The notes under the pieces: generated by a model
The model's input: the letters and a program-made list of their open reading frames with translations, nothing else
Databases searched by the model: none
What the model was told of the DNA's origin: nothing
Translations under genes and position numbers: made by a program
Part shown: piece by piece, positions 9,091 through 18,252 of the stretch
Numbering within the stretch: position 1 is the stretch's first letter
How the letters are laid out: each line of letters begins with the position of its first letter
Assembly (NCBI GenBank): GCA_041665385.1
Contig: JBAYIX010000002.1
Location: 50,932 to 114,931, forward strand
DNA from: Minisyncoccota bacterium
Lineage (GTDB): Bacteria > Patescibacteriota > Minisyncoccia > Phycocordibacterales > PALSA-1337
DNA: 64,000 bases
Direction of reading: 5' to 3'

Positions 9091-9555
9091 ATGCAAACAA
9101 TATTTCAAAACCCACTTTTGGTCGGCTTCATAGCGCTCTGTATCACAAACGTCATTTTTCTCGGCATCATCCTGTGGATGTATTTCAGACAACGCAAATT
9201 CCTGGTGGGTTTTGATTCCGAAAATGTCAGCCAATCTCTACAGTTCGTCTCTGCAAATCTGCGCGACATGGAAAAATTTCGCAAAGAGATGGAAACATAT
9301 CTTACCCAGGTAGAGCGCCGTCTCCGGAAGAGTGTGCAGTCAGTGAATACGGTCCGCTTCAACCCCTTCAAAGGCACGGGTGACGGTGGCAACCAGAGCT
9401 TTGCGACAGCGCTCCTGAACGAAGACGGAGATGGTGTGGTCATTTCCAGTCTGCACTCGCGCGACCATACGAGGGTATTTTCCAAGCCGGTAGTAGGCCG
9501 CGAGTCAGAGATCGAGCTTTCTGAAGAAGAGCGGGATGCGATAGCGATGAGGTAA
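9091..9555 (+). CDS. Hypothetical membrane protein (one N-terminal TM segment)
   Basis: ORF 9040-9555. The start was moved to an internal Met (MQTIFQNPLL..) because the upstream ATG abuts the divergent desulfurase start. Confidence 0.45.
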   Translation: MQTIFQNPLLVGFIALCITNVIFLGIILWMYFRQRKFLVGFDSENVSQSLQFVSANLRDMEKFRKEMETYLTQVERRLRKSVQSVNTVRFNPFKGTGDGGNQSFATALLNEDGDGVVISSLHSRDHTRVFSKPVVGRESEIELSEEERDAIAMR

Positions 9556-9646
9556 GGAATTTTTTTGAGTGCAAATTTAGTGTCAAAAATTAGTTTGACT
9601 AATTCTTTTTTTACCAGTATAAATTAAACAAACATAGTACGGCGGC

Positions 9647-12226
9647 ATGCGTGTGCATGTCGCTTTTGACAACGAAATAATAATAAGAGAAAGGCAAAGT
9701 GTGAAAAAATGTATATCTGCGGTGTTTGCTGTATTGATCATTACTAACTTCTGCAATGAGGTTAAAAGTGAGATCAGGTATATGGTTACCGATATAAGCG
9801 GAAAAGAAACGGATATCATAAGCAGAGCATTTGGTATCAATAATCGTGGTCAAATAGGTGTTGATGGTAGAGTATCTGGGAAAAGCGGACTATTTATCTA
9901 CACCGAAGGCAAATTCGATCAGGTTGGGCCAGAGACAAATGATATTACATCTGGCTATGCGATAAATGATCTGGGTCAGGTCGTCGGTCGATCATTTCGC
10001 AACGGCACGTTTGGCGGTTACCCATTCATTGACAGAGGCGATGAGCTGATTGACTTCAATGACGGTGATCAGAGTCGACAAGGTGCATTATTGAGTATAA
10101 ACAACTTGGGTGATGCAGTCGGAGTTATCGATATAGGAGATCATGCAGAGGGCTTTACCTATGTCGGCAAACAGATCGGCCTCATAGGCACATTCGAATC
10201 TTCGGGTACATCTTTGATAGCCATCAATGATCTAGGTCACATGGCCGGAAATCTGAATGTTCCTGACTGGTCATCGAGGGAAGCCTTCATCTATGCGGAT
10301 GGAAAAATGAAAAGACTCGGTACCTTGGGTGGAGAGTATAGTTATGCCGTCGCAATGAACAACAGGGACCAGGTCGCCGGTATGTCACTCTTAAAAGATG
10401 ACAACCTCGCGCATGTGTTCCTATATTCAGACGGAGTCATGAAAGATATAGGTTCAAATCCGGATTCATATTTGAGTGTGAGTGATCTGAATATTCACGG
10501 ACAAATAGTTGGCTTTGTGGCATACAGTATAAAAGATCCAAACCATCTCACCTATCATGCATATCTTTTCTCGGAAAAAGAAAATGCAGACCTGAACACA
10601 CTCATCGATCCGACATCCGGCTGGGAACTGCACCAGGCATATGGAAACAATGACTGGGGTCAGATAATCGGAACGGGTTTGTTCAAAGGAAAATCAAAAG
10701 TGTTCCTACTCACTCCCCTGGGCGGGACGCCGATACAGGCGATACAGAAACAACCGGAACGGCCGACATATGGAGACTATCCGGTCAAGGAGGAAGGAAA
10801 GGATAGTCTGGTGGTGGTGACACATGGGTGGATAAAATCAGATAGTGATCCTACCGCATCGACTAAATGGGTTGAGGTAATGACAAATCATATATCTGAA
10901 TATTTTGTCAATAATAATATAAATAATTGGCAATTGTGCGGATATAGGTGGATAAATTACGCTCACATACCTAATTATCAAGGTGGACCCGAGACTGCTA
11001 TACGAAACTCTAGACAAATTGGTCAGAGTCTTGGTCTCAAAATATATCAACAAAAATACTCCCGTGTTCACTTCATCAGTCACAGTGCCGGCGCTGGTCT
11101 TATTCAAGCGGCAACAGATGTAATAAAAAAACACAATCCCTCTGTGCAAATCCAAGAAACATTTCTGGATCCGTATGTCGGGGCAGATTTCTCCGGCACT
11201 TCGTGGTATGGGACAAATGCTAATTGGGCAGATAACTACTCAAGTAAGGATAAGGAAACTGGAAATCATTATTTATCTTTTACCTATAATATTCTTCTAA
11301 ATGCGTACAACGTCGATGTCACCAGACTCGATGTTGCAAACAGGGTAAATATGCCCTACTGGACTACTGGTAACGATCAACCGTGTTACGTTACAGAATC
11401 AACTCATGGTTGGCCCGTAGAATTCTACCAGAATACAATCATTGGAAATACAACCAAAGAATATGAGGGATTTGGGTTTCAGTTGAGTCAGGAAGCGACA
11501 GAATGGGATTCGGTCTCAACAAGGTTCAAGGTCGGAAACACTAGTCCCGGACACATTCTCGGACATGCAGACCCGAACAATTGTCGTTTCAAATATCCGG
11601 TGCCATATTATCCTTCGTTCATCATGGACTTCATCGGTAATCCTTCCATACAAAGCGATACAGGCACAATTGAGAAATACTTAAATGGTAGTTTTGTCTC
11701 AAAAAGCGGTTCGCCAGTATGGATTGTAACTTCCGGTGTATCTACAAATGTGATTAATACAGTTTCGTTCGATGCGACATTCGGAAGCTTGACCGGATCC
11801 GAAGGACTCCTGACTGTTTATTGGAAAAGCAATATAGTTGGGTCTATTGACCAACGATACGTTCAAGATGGATTCCAACACTATTCCTTCCAATTTCCGA
11901 AAAATATCAGTAATGAATCATACTCACTCGGGTTTCGCCTGGACCCGTTTACGAAAATTCAGTCGGTGGTAATAGTAACGAATGTTATCGTATCAGTAAG
12001 CGGTGTAAGTGAGCCATTCTTACTCAAGCCTACAGGCAACACAAGCGATTCATATAGTTTACAATTGATAGGCCAAAAAGGATTTGAGTATAGGATTCAA
12101 TCCTCCGATGATCTATTCGATTGGAAAACTATTGCAGTCATTGTTAATACAACGGGTTCGGTGCAATTTATTGACACCGATACCACAGGGTCATCTCGTC
12201 GGTTCTACCGAGCGATAGTACCGTAA
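9647..12226 (+). CDS. Large secreted protein with HAF-type extracellular repeats, an alpha/beta-hydrolase (lipase/esterase GxSxG) domain and a C-terminal beta-rich domain
   Basis: Signal/TM peptide. About 8 repeats of the INDLGQVVG type. FISHSAGAG serine-hydrolase motif. 859 aa. Confidence 0.7.
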   Translation: MRVHVAFDNEIIIRERQSVKKCISAVFAVLIITNFCNEVKSEIRYMVTDISGKETDIISRAFGINNRGQIGVDGRVSGKSGLFIYTEGKFDQVGPETNDITSGYAINDLGQVVGRSFRNGTFGGYPFIDRGDELIDFNDGDQSRQGALLSINNLGDAVGVIDIGDHAEGFTYVGKQIGLIGTFESSGTSLIAINDLGHMAGNLNVPDWSSREAFIYADGKMKRLGTLGGEYSYAVAMNNRDQVAGMSLLKDDNLAHVFLYSDGVMKDIGSNPDSYLSVSDLNIHGQIVGFVAYSIKDPNHLTYHAYLFSEKENADLNTLIDPTSGWELHQAYGNNDWGQIIGTGLFKGKSKVFLLTPLGGTPIQAIQKQPERPTYGDYPVKEEGKDSLVVVTHGWIKSDSDPTASTKWVEVMTNHISEYFVNNNINNWQLCGYRWINYAHIPNYQGGPETAIRNSRQIGQSLGLKIYQQKYSRVHFISHSAGAGLIQAATDVIKKHNPSVQIQETFLDPYVGADFSGTSWYGTNANWADNYSSKDKETGNHYLSFTYNILLNAYNVDVTRLDVANRVNMPYWTTGNDQPCYVTESTHGWPVEFYQNTIIGNTTKEYEGFGFQLSQEATEWDSVSTRFKVGNTSPGHILGHADPNNCRFKYPVPYYPSFIMDFIGNPSIQSDTGTIEKYLNGSFVSKSGSPVWIVTSGVSTNVINTVSFDATFGSLTGSEGLLTVYWKSNIVGSIDQRYVQDGFQHYSFQFPKNISNESYSLGFRLDPFTKIQSVVIVTNVIVSVSGVSEPFLLKPTGNTSDSYSLQLIGQKGFEYRIQSSDDLFDWKTIAVIVNTTGSVQFIDTDTTGSSRRFYRAIVP

Positions 12227-12246
12227 TAGTTCTTTGCAGATTCACA

Positions 12247-12273
12247 GGGCTCGCTTCGGCGGGCTCTTTTTTT
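12247..12273 (+). terminator. Intrinsic terminator of the large secreted protein gene
   Basis: GGGCTCGC-TTCG-GCGGGCTC (UUCG tetraloop) followed by T7. Confidence 0.6.
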
Positions 12274-12559
12274 ATATTCCATACAGAAAAATAATAAAAA
12301 AAGATGGGTATTGAAATATAAAAACTATTCCTCCCAATAGGATAACCAGATATCCAATTAATTGAGAATTATTTAATTTAATAATTCGAAATCCAAAAAA
12401 CATTCCCAATATAATCAAGATCAAACTTGATCCTATTATAAGAATATTGAACATGCCTGGTAGTGAAGATACAAAAAATAATAATGTGGAAAGCGCGTAG
12501 CAGGTCACGGATATAATAATGTTTGTATGTTTTTTCATGTTCATATAATTATACACCAC
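12272..12559 (-). CDS. Small 2-TM membrane protein, paralogue 1 of the tandem array
   Basis: 95 aa, two hydrophobic helices, MKKH.. start. Conserved promoter-like upstream TATAAT..ATGAAA. Confidence 0.55.
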   Translation of the reverse strand: MVYNYMNMKKHTNIIISVTCYALSTLLFFVSSLPGMFNILIIGSSLILIILGMFFGFRIIKLNNSQLIGYLVILLGGIVFIFQYPSFFIIFLYGI

Positions 12560-12796
12560 TTATGGATATACACACTACCTACCGAATGACTATCCTGTGA
12601 GTCACGAAGAGCGTTTGAGTGGATTCCTTTATATTGACGCCTGACCTACAGCATTAACAGATAGGACTAAAATAAGGAACAAGCAAATTATCCGAATAAA
12701 AAAACAGTGCAACTAGGATGATATAGGAGACAAATGATAGATGGACGTTTTTTAGGTTTTTTATATTTAAATTATACCTTTTTAATGAAATCTGAA

Positions 12797-13102
12797 TTAA
12801 TATCCCGCAAAACCAGACATGAGTAGAAGATATCCGACTATGACAACAATTCCCATAACAGTACAAAGATTGCCAGCCCAGGCTGATTCTTTGATTTTGT
12901 TGCTTTTGAAACCGAAAAATACACCGCTGAAGAGTAATATAAATAAACCGATTAAAACGATCGCATTCATTACAATTCCAATATTAGAAGGTATAGAAGT
13001 TGTGCGAGTGAAATCGTCACCAATATTTATCCAGGTAATAAACCAAATCATTGCTAGAATGTAGGAACCTATAGAATAGAAAATATTTTTATATTGTTTC
13101 AT
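12797..13102 (-). CDS. Small 2-TM membrane protein, paralogue 2
   Basis: Start at internal Met MKQYKNIF (ATG 13102). Same architecture and upstream motif as its neighbours. Confidence 0.55.
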   Translation of the reverse strand: MKQYKNIFYSIGSYILAMIWFITWINIGDDFTRTTSIPSNIGIVMNAIVLIGLFILLFSGVFFGFKSNKIKESAWAGNLCTVMGIVVIVGYLLLMSGFAGY

Positions 13103-13172
13103 GTTCAATATTATACACCATTTACGAAATCGCAGCCCTGTTAGGCATACACCTGCTACGGCAAGCTCTTTT

Positions 13173-13466
13173 TTATATAATTGAATCAATCATCATAAGA
13201 ATAGGTATTTCCAAGACCCATGTATAAAACAAACTCAATATACCCAAAATTAACAATATTTTTGCTAATCTTGAGGAATCACTAACCTTAGTTCCTTTGA
13301 AACTGATTATTATTCCAACTACTATTAATAAATAAAAGATGAAAAGATATCCGCTACCAACCAGATGAAATGTATATAGTAATATATATGCAAGTATATA
13401 AAGTGCCAAGGCCAATAGGGTGATCATATTCATTGATAAAGTTTTCATGTTGAAATAATTATACAC
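13173..13466 (-). CDS. Small 2-TM membrane protein, paralogue 3
   Basis: 97 aa, MKTLSMNM.., two TM helices. Confidence 0.55.
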   Translation of the reverse strand: MYNYFNMKTLSMNMITLLALALYILAYILLYTFHLVGSGYLFIFYLLIVVGIIISFKGTKVSDSSRLAKILLILGILSLFYTWVLEIPILMMIDSII

Positions 13467-13578
13467 TATTTATAAATATTTTTATACGCCGAAGAAATAA
13501 TCGAGTATCATTATTTTTTCTCATGTTTATGTAATTTAATATAATCTTCAATGTTAATTGTTCCCTCCCGGCATGAAC

Positions 13579-13815
13579 TTATTGATTTTGCGACAAAGAC
13601 ATAGCAAAAGAGAGTAATAGCAATATTATTATGCCACCTACACCAAGTATTGTAGCCATAACTGAAGAACCGTTTTTTCTATACTCCTTGAAAGCTAGGA
13701 AGATTCCAATTAGTAATAGTACTGCTGAAGTAAAATAAATAATATTATTTTGGATACCAGTATCTCTAATTGTCACAAAAGGAAATCCAAAATTGATAAG
13801 CAATAGTACTAACAA
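13579..13815 (-). CDS. Small 2-TM membrane protein, paralogue 4 (more divergent)
   Basis: 78 aa, two TM helices. Lacks the conserved ATGAAA start context. Confidence 0.4.
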   Translation of the reverse strand: MLVLLLINFGFPFVTIRDTGIQNNIIYFTSAVLLLIGIFLAFKEYRKNGSSVMATILGVGGIIILLLLSFAMSLSQNQ

Positions 13816-13890
13816 ATAGCATACGACGGAAATAATGAGGTTAATATTTTGAGTTACAGGTTTGAAATTAATAATGATATTATTTATTAT

Positions 13891-14184
13891 TTACTGGCAA
13901 TTATATGCAGGGGTACATACACTTTGTATATAAAAAAATCCAAATATTATCAATACACCGATCAACATGAGTAAGTTACTCGCTATATCCGATTCCTTAT
14001 TTTTGCTTGCTTTATATGCAAAAAATATACCAAAGGCTACCAGTAATAAGCTTACAATGATAAATACATATCCATATTTCAGTGAACCGTTTACTGATAC
14101 GAGAAGTGAGGGTAAAACATAAGTAACGACAAATCCTAGGACATAGAAACAAAGAGATAGTGTAACATTTTTATATTCTTTCAT
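13891..14184 (-). CDS. Small 2-TM membrane protein, paralogue 5
   Basis: 97 aa, MKEYKNVT.., two TM helices. Upstream TAATTATAC..CATGAAA motif shared with paralogues 1-3. Confidence 0.55.
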   Translation of the reverse strand: MKEYKNVTLSLCFYVLGFVVTYVLPSLLVSVNGSLKYGYVFIIVSLLLVAFGIFFAYKASKNKESDIASNLLMLIGVLIIFGFFYIQSVCTPAYNCQ

Positions 14185-14223
14185 GTTGACGTAATTATAC
14201 TACTTCCCTATTTCAAAACCATG

Positions 14224-14253
14224 TTGACAGAGTAAGGCCTACGGTGGTATAAT
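14224..14253 (+). promoter_or_regulatory. Near-consensus sigma70 promoter: TTGACA, 18 nt, extended -10 TGgTATAAT
   Basis: TTGACA at 14224-14229 and TATAAT at 14248-14253 with TG at -15/-14. The ATG at 14266 follows about 6 nt after the predicted TSS (leaderless-like). Confidence 0.6.
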
Positions 14254-14265
14254 GGTGACAGAAGC

Positions 14266-14526
14266 ATGAAAACAACACGAATGCTCAGTCCCGAGGAAGC
14301 GGAGCAATTCTTCGCCCAATTGCGGAGAGTAGTTGAAAATGCTCCGAAGTCAGAACCCCGAGCCCCGTTTAGCCTTCCATCCAGCCACTACACATTCCAT
14401 AGGGCCGAGAAGCCCGTGCGTAAGTCGGCTCGAGTGGATCGCTCAGATGGAGACCAGATCGGCTGGATGACCGAATGGGAGGAAAGAGAGGAACAAAGAA
14501 ACACCAGATTCAAATTCAAAATGTAG
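14266..14526 (+). CDS. Hypothetical small protein (86 aa) driven by the consensus promoter
   Basis: Only substantial ORF between the promoter and the bidirectional terminator at 14546-14576. No recognisable domain. G+C-normal, unlike the flanking A+T-rich array. Confidence 0.35.
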   Translation: MKTTRMLSPEEAEQFFAQLRRVVENAPKSEPRAPFSLPSSHYTFHRAEKPVRKSARVDRSDGDQIGWMTEWEEREEQRNTRFKFKM

Positions 14527-14545
14527 GAATACCATGCAGATCCGT

Positions 14546-14576
14546 AAAAAGCGCCGAACAACAATCGGCGCTTTAT
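14546..14576. terminator. Bidirectional intrinsic terminator between the small ORF and histidine kinase 1
   Basis: AAAAA-GCGCCGA-ACAACAA-TCGGCGC-TTTAT. Confidence 0.6.
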
Positions 14577-16202
14577 CTATGCTTTTTCGAATGGTTCCAT
14601 CTCAACTATGAATGTCGAGCCCTTGCCTTCTCCGCGCGACTCTGCACGGATAGTGCCATGATGAGCCTCTATCATCTCTTTTGCCACATACAGTCCGAGA
14701 CCGGTACCTTTTATATTCACCTTGTTCGCATTATTTGCCCGACTGAACTTCTGGAAAAGTCTGGGCAATATTTCCGGAGCGATGCCGATACCAGTGTCGC
14801 TGATCTTGAATATGAATTTGTGATTCTTGCTATCATAGGAAAGTTCGGCATCTACCCTGCCGCTCGGTGTGTATTTCATGGAGTTGTCTATGAGGTTTAC
14901 GATGACTTGCTTGAGCTTGTCTCGGTCTGCAGTGGTCCGATAGTCACTGTGAGATTCCGAAGCATGGAATGAAAATGCAAGTTTTGTTTTCTCGATATTG
15001 GGTTTGATTTCTCCTATAACATCCTCGATGAGCTGTTTCAGGTCGATGGTTTCGAAAGCATACTTCATGGTACCGAGCTCTATCCTGCTCACATTCAGAT
15101 AGTCATCGACGATACTGACCAGAGTCTTCGAGGATTCAAATATTCGGCTCACGCCAGTCTTGGCTTCTTCGGATATCGCACCCATGTCACCTTCGAGTAG
15201 GAGCGAGGCATAACCCTTCATGGCGGTGAGCGGTGCACGGAGCTGGTGGTTCGCAAAGGAGACGAATTCGGATTTCTGACGATCCAGGTCGGTGAGACGC
15301 GTGTTGGCTTTTTGGAGATCTGCTGCAAGTTTTTCAATGCGTTCGCGTTGATTCACTTCTTGATAAAGCATTTTAAGCAACAAAATAGTGAACCATACTG
15401 TAAAAGCAAGTAGCAGTGAATTAATAAATATATTATAAAAAGTTTGTGCTAAGAGTATATTTATCACAAATACAATATTTATCGCCCCGGCAAAAAGCTG
15501 AATTGCAACATTTTTAATATTAAATAGTTTGTAATGAAGAGCCGCGTAACTAAATATAAATGGACTAGCCATAAGCATAAACGTCCCTATCAAATCATAG
15601 GGTTGTGGAATTGAATATCCTAACATAAGAGGAAAATTTATTGATCCACCAATGAAACCTAATATTGATCCAATAAAAAGATAGCCCATTCTGTAACGGA
15701 TCTCTCCCCTTGAGTGAATAAGGCTTCTAAGTAAAAAAATTAAACCCGTAAGAATGAAACCTATGTAACCAATAATTATAAAGTATAAGTAGAGCGGACC
15801 AGCAATAGGCCAATACGGAAAGACCGATATACTTCTTACCCCCGAAACATAATAATCTGTAAAACTGAACGATGCAAAAAAGAACGTAATTAAGTAACAA
15901 ATTCTTATAAAATACTTAGCCTTGATTTCATAATCAATAGCGGTAAATACCCAGTGTAAAAATAGTACGGGTATAAATGTTGCCCCTAGATTTAATAGTC
16001 TGGCAAAAAATAATGCCGTCTCGGGATCCGAATTAGTTTTCAATAGACCGAACCATGAATAACTCCAGACAGCAAAAGCGAATGCTAAGAGAGCGAATCT
16101 ACGTGCTTGTACATTTTCTTGATTTTTCCAAATAGCAAAACATCCGAAACCAGTGAAAAAGAAAGCTGTTATTATTACTGATGATTGATAGATGTCAAGC
16201 AT
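14577..16202 (-). CDS. Sensor histidine kinase with N-terminal 7TM sensor domain (HisKA + HATPase_c)
   Basis: H-box HQLRAPLTAM, plus N, G1 and G2 boxes (DNSMKYT, DTGIGI, GTGLGL). The N-terminal half is polytopic and strongly A+T-rich. Confidence 0.85.
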   Translation of the reverse strand: MLDIYQSSVIITAFFFTGFGCFAIWKNQENVQARRFALLAFAFAVWSYSWFGLLKTNSDPETALFFARLLNLGATFIPVLFLHWVFTAIDYEIKAKYFIRICYLITFFFASFSFTDYYVSGVRSISVFPYWPIAGPLYLYFIIIGYIGFILTGLIFLLRSLIHSRGEIRYRMGYLFIGSILGFIGGSINFPLMLGYSIPQPYDLIGTFMLMASPFIFSYAALHYKLFNIKNVAIQLFAGAINIVFVINILLAQTFYNIFINSLLLAFTVWFTILLLKMLYQEVNQRERIEKLAADLQKANTRLTDLDRQKSEFVSFANHQLRAPLTAMKGYASLLLEGDMGAISEEAKTGVSRIFESSKTLVSIVDDYLNVSRIELGTMKYAFETIDLKQLIEDVIGEIKPNIEKTKLAFSFHASESHSDYRTTADRDKLKQVIVNLIDNSMKYTPSGRVDAELSYDSKNHKFIFKISDTGIGIAPEILPRLFQKFSRANNANKVNIKGTGLGLYVAKEMIEAHHGTIRAESRGEGKGSTFIVEMEPFEKA

Positions 16203-16204
16203 AA

Positions 16205-17014
16205 TTATTGTTTTGCCAATTTAGTTATAAAAATATTGCTACAAATTCTCCTTATTTGGGAATCAAACATAAAATATATTCTATAAAGAACAAATACCAG
16301 ACTATGTTTTTTAAGAAGCCAGAGACTGAACAAATTTTCAATATCGCAGATATTTAAAATATTTTTTCCTTCTTCTCGAAGAAATTGAATATATAAATTC
16401 CCAACATATACTGGTATTCTTCGTCTATGTTTCATCTTTTTTGAAATAATATGATCAATATTTGAAAATGGCCCTTCGTCTTTAATTATATGGTTTGGAT
16501 TTAGATTAAGCATTGCATCACTTAAGCCATTCCATTCTACAACTTTACTTTGAGGATTTAAATGAGCAGTATTAACTGAAAGTGGCTCATCGTCTGATGG
16601 ATCACATTTGATCCATTTATTATTTAGGTATACATTGCAATAGACATGTTTTGATTTACGAGATACATTCCGCGCAAGATGTGGTAACACAATAGGACCA
16701 AAATAATCTGGACCAACAACATCCATAACTCCATATCCTGCTGGAATATTTGCAGCACGTAAAAGTGCAATTAGTAAATTAGCATTATTAGTACACGTGC
16801 CCCCTTTTTCCTTTAATGTATCAGATGCTTTTTTCGTCCAATGTCCAACCTTATAGACTGTTGAATCTCTAACAAAATAAAACAATTTTTTAGCCAGCTC
16901 AGTACTATTAGAACTATTATCCATAAAATATTTTGCAATCTTTTGAATCTCATAATTCTCACAATCACAGTAATAAGTAGCTTTTAGAAATGATTTCAAA
17001 TTATGTTTTTTCAT
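16205..17014 (-). CDS. Transglutaminase-like cysteine protease superfamily protein
   Basis: GTCTNNANLLIALLRAANIPA core (Cys-His-Asp transglutaminase-like fold). A+T-rich. Confidence 0.55.
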   Translation of the reverse strand: MKKHNLKSFLKATYYCDCENYEIQKIAKYFMDNSSNSTELAKKLFYFVRDSTVYKVGHWTKKASDTLKEKGGTCTNNANLLIALLRAANIPAGYGVMDVVGPDYFGPIVLPHLARNVSRKSKHVYCNVYLNNKWIKCDPSDDEPLSVNTAHLNPQSKVVEWNGLSDAMLNLNPNHIIKDEGPFSNIDHIISKKMKHRRRIPVYVGNLYIQFLREEGKNILNICDIENLFSLWLLKKHSLVFVLYRIYFMFDSQIRRICSNIFITKLAKQ

Positions 17015-17669
17015 ATATATGTCTTAGAATTTTCTCGGCAATTTTCTTTTTTCCAGTAGCTTTTTCAATAATATTCTGCTTATCAATAATATACGCTTCA
17101 TGATCAGTAAATTTTGAATCATAAATATTCGCTACAATTAAATCTGCGTTAGATTTCTGTAAACTATTAAAAGCAATGCTAGTTAATTTTTCAACAGTGA
17201 CACCAACCTCAAGTTTAAACTTAATTAAAAAAACATTTGGAGCATACTTTTTTATATCATCAACAATTTTTTTTGTAGGTATAAGCCTAAGTATTAGATT
17301 ATTTGTATTAGATTTTATCTTCCCTATATGTACTTTTTTTAGCTTAAAATCGGATACGGCCGCAGAATGTACAACAGCATCAAATTTCTGTGAGATTAAA
17401 GCATTTTTCATTAATAAATCGAGTTCATCAAAATATTTAAATCTAATGACATTAATATTAACTGGTAATTTCAAAGAGGATACATCCATAGAAGGACCTA
17501 ATAATAACGTGACGTTTGCGCCATGTTGAGCAGCAGCTTCTGCAATCGTTAATCCAATTTTACCCTTAAAGATGTTTGTTATGACACGAACAGTGTCTAT
17601 GGAAACCCATGTTGAACCGGCACTTACCAAAATATTAAATCCCGTGAGCGATTTATTTTTTAAAATCAT
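17001..17669 (-). CDS. coaB: Phosphopantothenate--cysteine ligase (CoaB domain as a separate gene)
   Basis: DFP C-terminal domain family. Overlaps coaC by ATGA. Confidence 0.7.
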   Translation of the reverse strand: MILKNKSLTGFNILVSAGSTWVSIDTVRVITNIFKGKIGLTIAEAAAQHGANVTLLLGPSMDVSSLKLPVNINVIRFKYFDELDLLMKNALISQKFDAVVHSAAVSDFKLKKVHIGKIKSNTNNLILRLIPTKKIVDDIKKYAPNVFLIKFKLEVGVTVEKLTSIAFNSLQKSNADLIVANIYDSKFTDHEAYIIDKQNIIEKATGKKKIAEKILRHIYEKT

Positions 17670-18220
17670 AATAATATTTTCTCTATTTCTTTTATAATTT
17701 CATCATTATCGGCAATTTTTCCAATTCCATTATCTCGACAAGCTAACACTCCCGATCTTGGTTCAACAATTAAAAACTTTGTTGTGTCTTTTAATGTTTT
17801 TAAATTTTTTTGGAACATTGGATTATTCCACATGTTTGAATTCATTGCTGGGCAAAGAATTATTTTTATATCGGGTAATGACGCACTGATTATTGTTGTT
17901 AAAAGATTATCTGCTAGACCATTTGCAATCTTACCAATTGTATTTGCGGTAGCAGGAGCAATTACAATAATATCGGGCCAATGAGAAATTGAGATATGTT
18001 CAATAAAAAAAGGATCTAATGGATTCCAAAGATCATCATATACCGGCTGATTAGTTAACGATTGGAAAGTCAGAGGGGTAATAAATTTTTTTGCCGACTC
18101 AGTCATAACGACCCTAACCACCGTTTTTTTTGAAATTAGCATATTTACAAGAGAACAAACCTTGTAGGCTGCAATCCCACCAGTAATACCAACTAGAATT
18201 TTTTTGCCATCCATATGCAT
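17666..18220 (-). CDS. coaC: Phosphopantothenoylcysteine decarboxylase (flavoprotein, CoaC)
   Basis: Flavoprotein fold, GITGGIAAYK and PAMNxxM motifs. Confidence 0.75.
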   Translation of the reverse strand: MHMDGKKILVGITGGIAAYKVCSLVNMLISKKTVVRVVMTESAKKFITPLTFQSLTNQPVYDDLWNPLDPFFIEHISISHWPDIIVIAPATANTIGKIANGLADNLLTTIISASLPDIKIILCPAMNSNMWNNPMFQKNLKTLKDTTKFLIVEPRSGVLACRDNGIGKIADNDEIIKEIEKILL

Positions 18221-18252
18221 TAAAAAATTATACCATATTTACTGCTATAATA

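Noticed and set aside
7813-9234. Long N-terminal extension (66 codons) of the cysteine desulfurase ORF
   Set aside because: The conserved NifS/IscS N-terminus begins at the internal Met (MFKKRIYLDYASLTP, ATG 9036). The extension has no similarity and would overlap the divergent gene.
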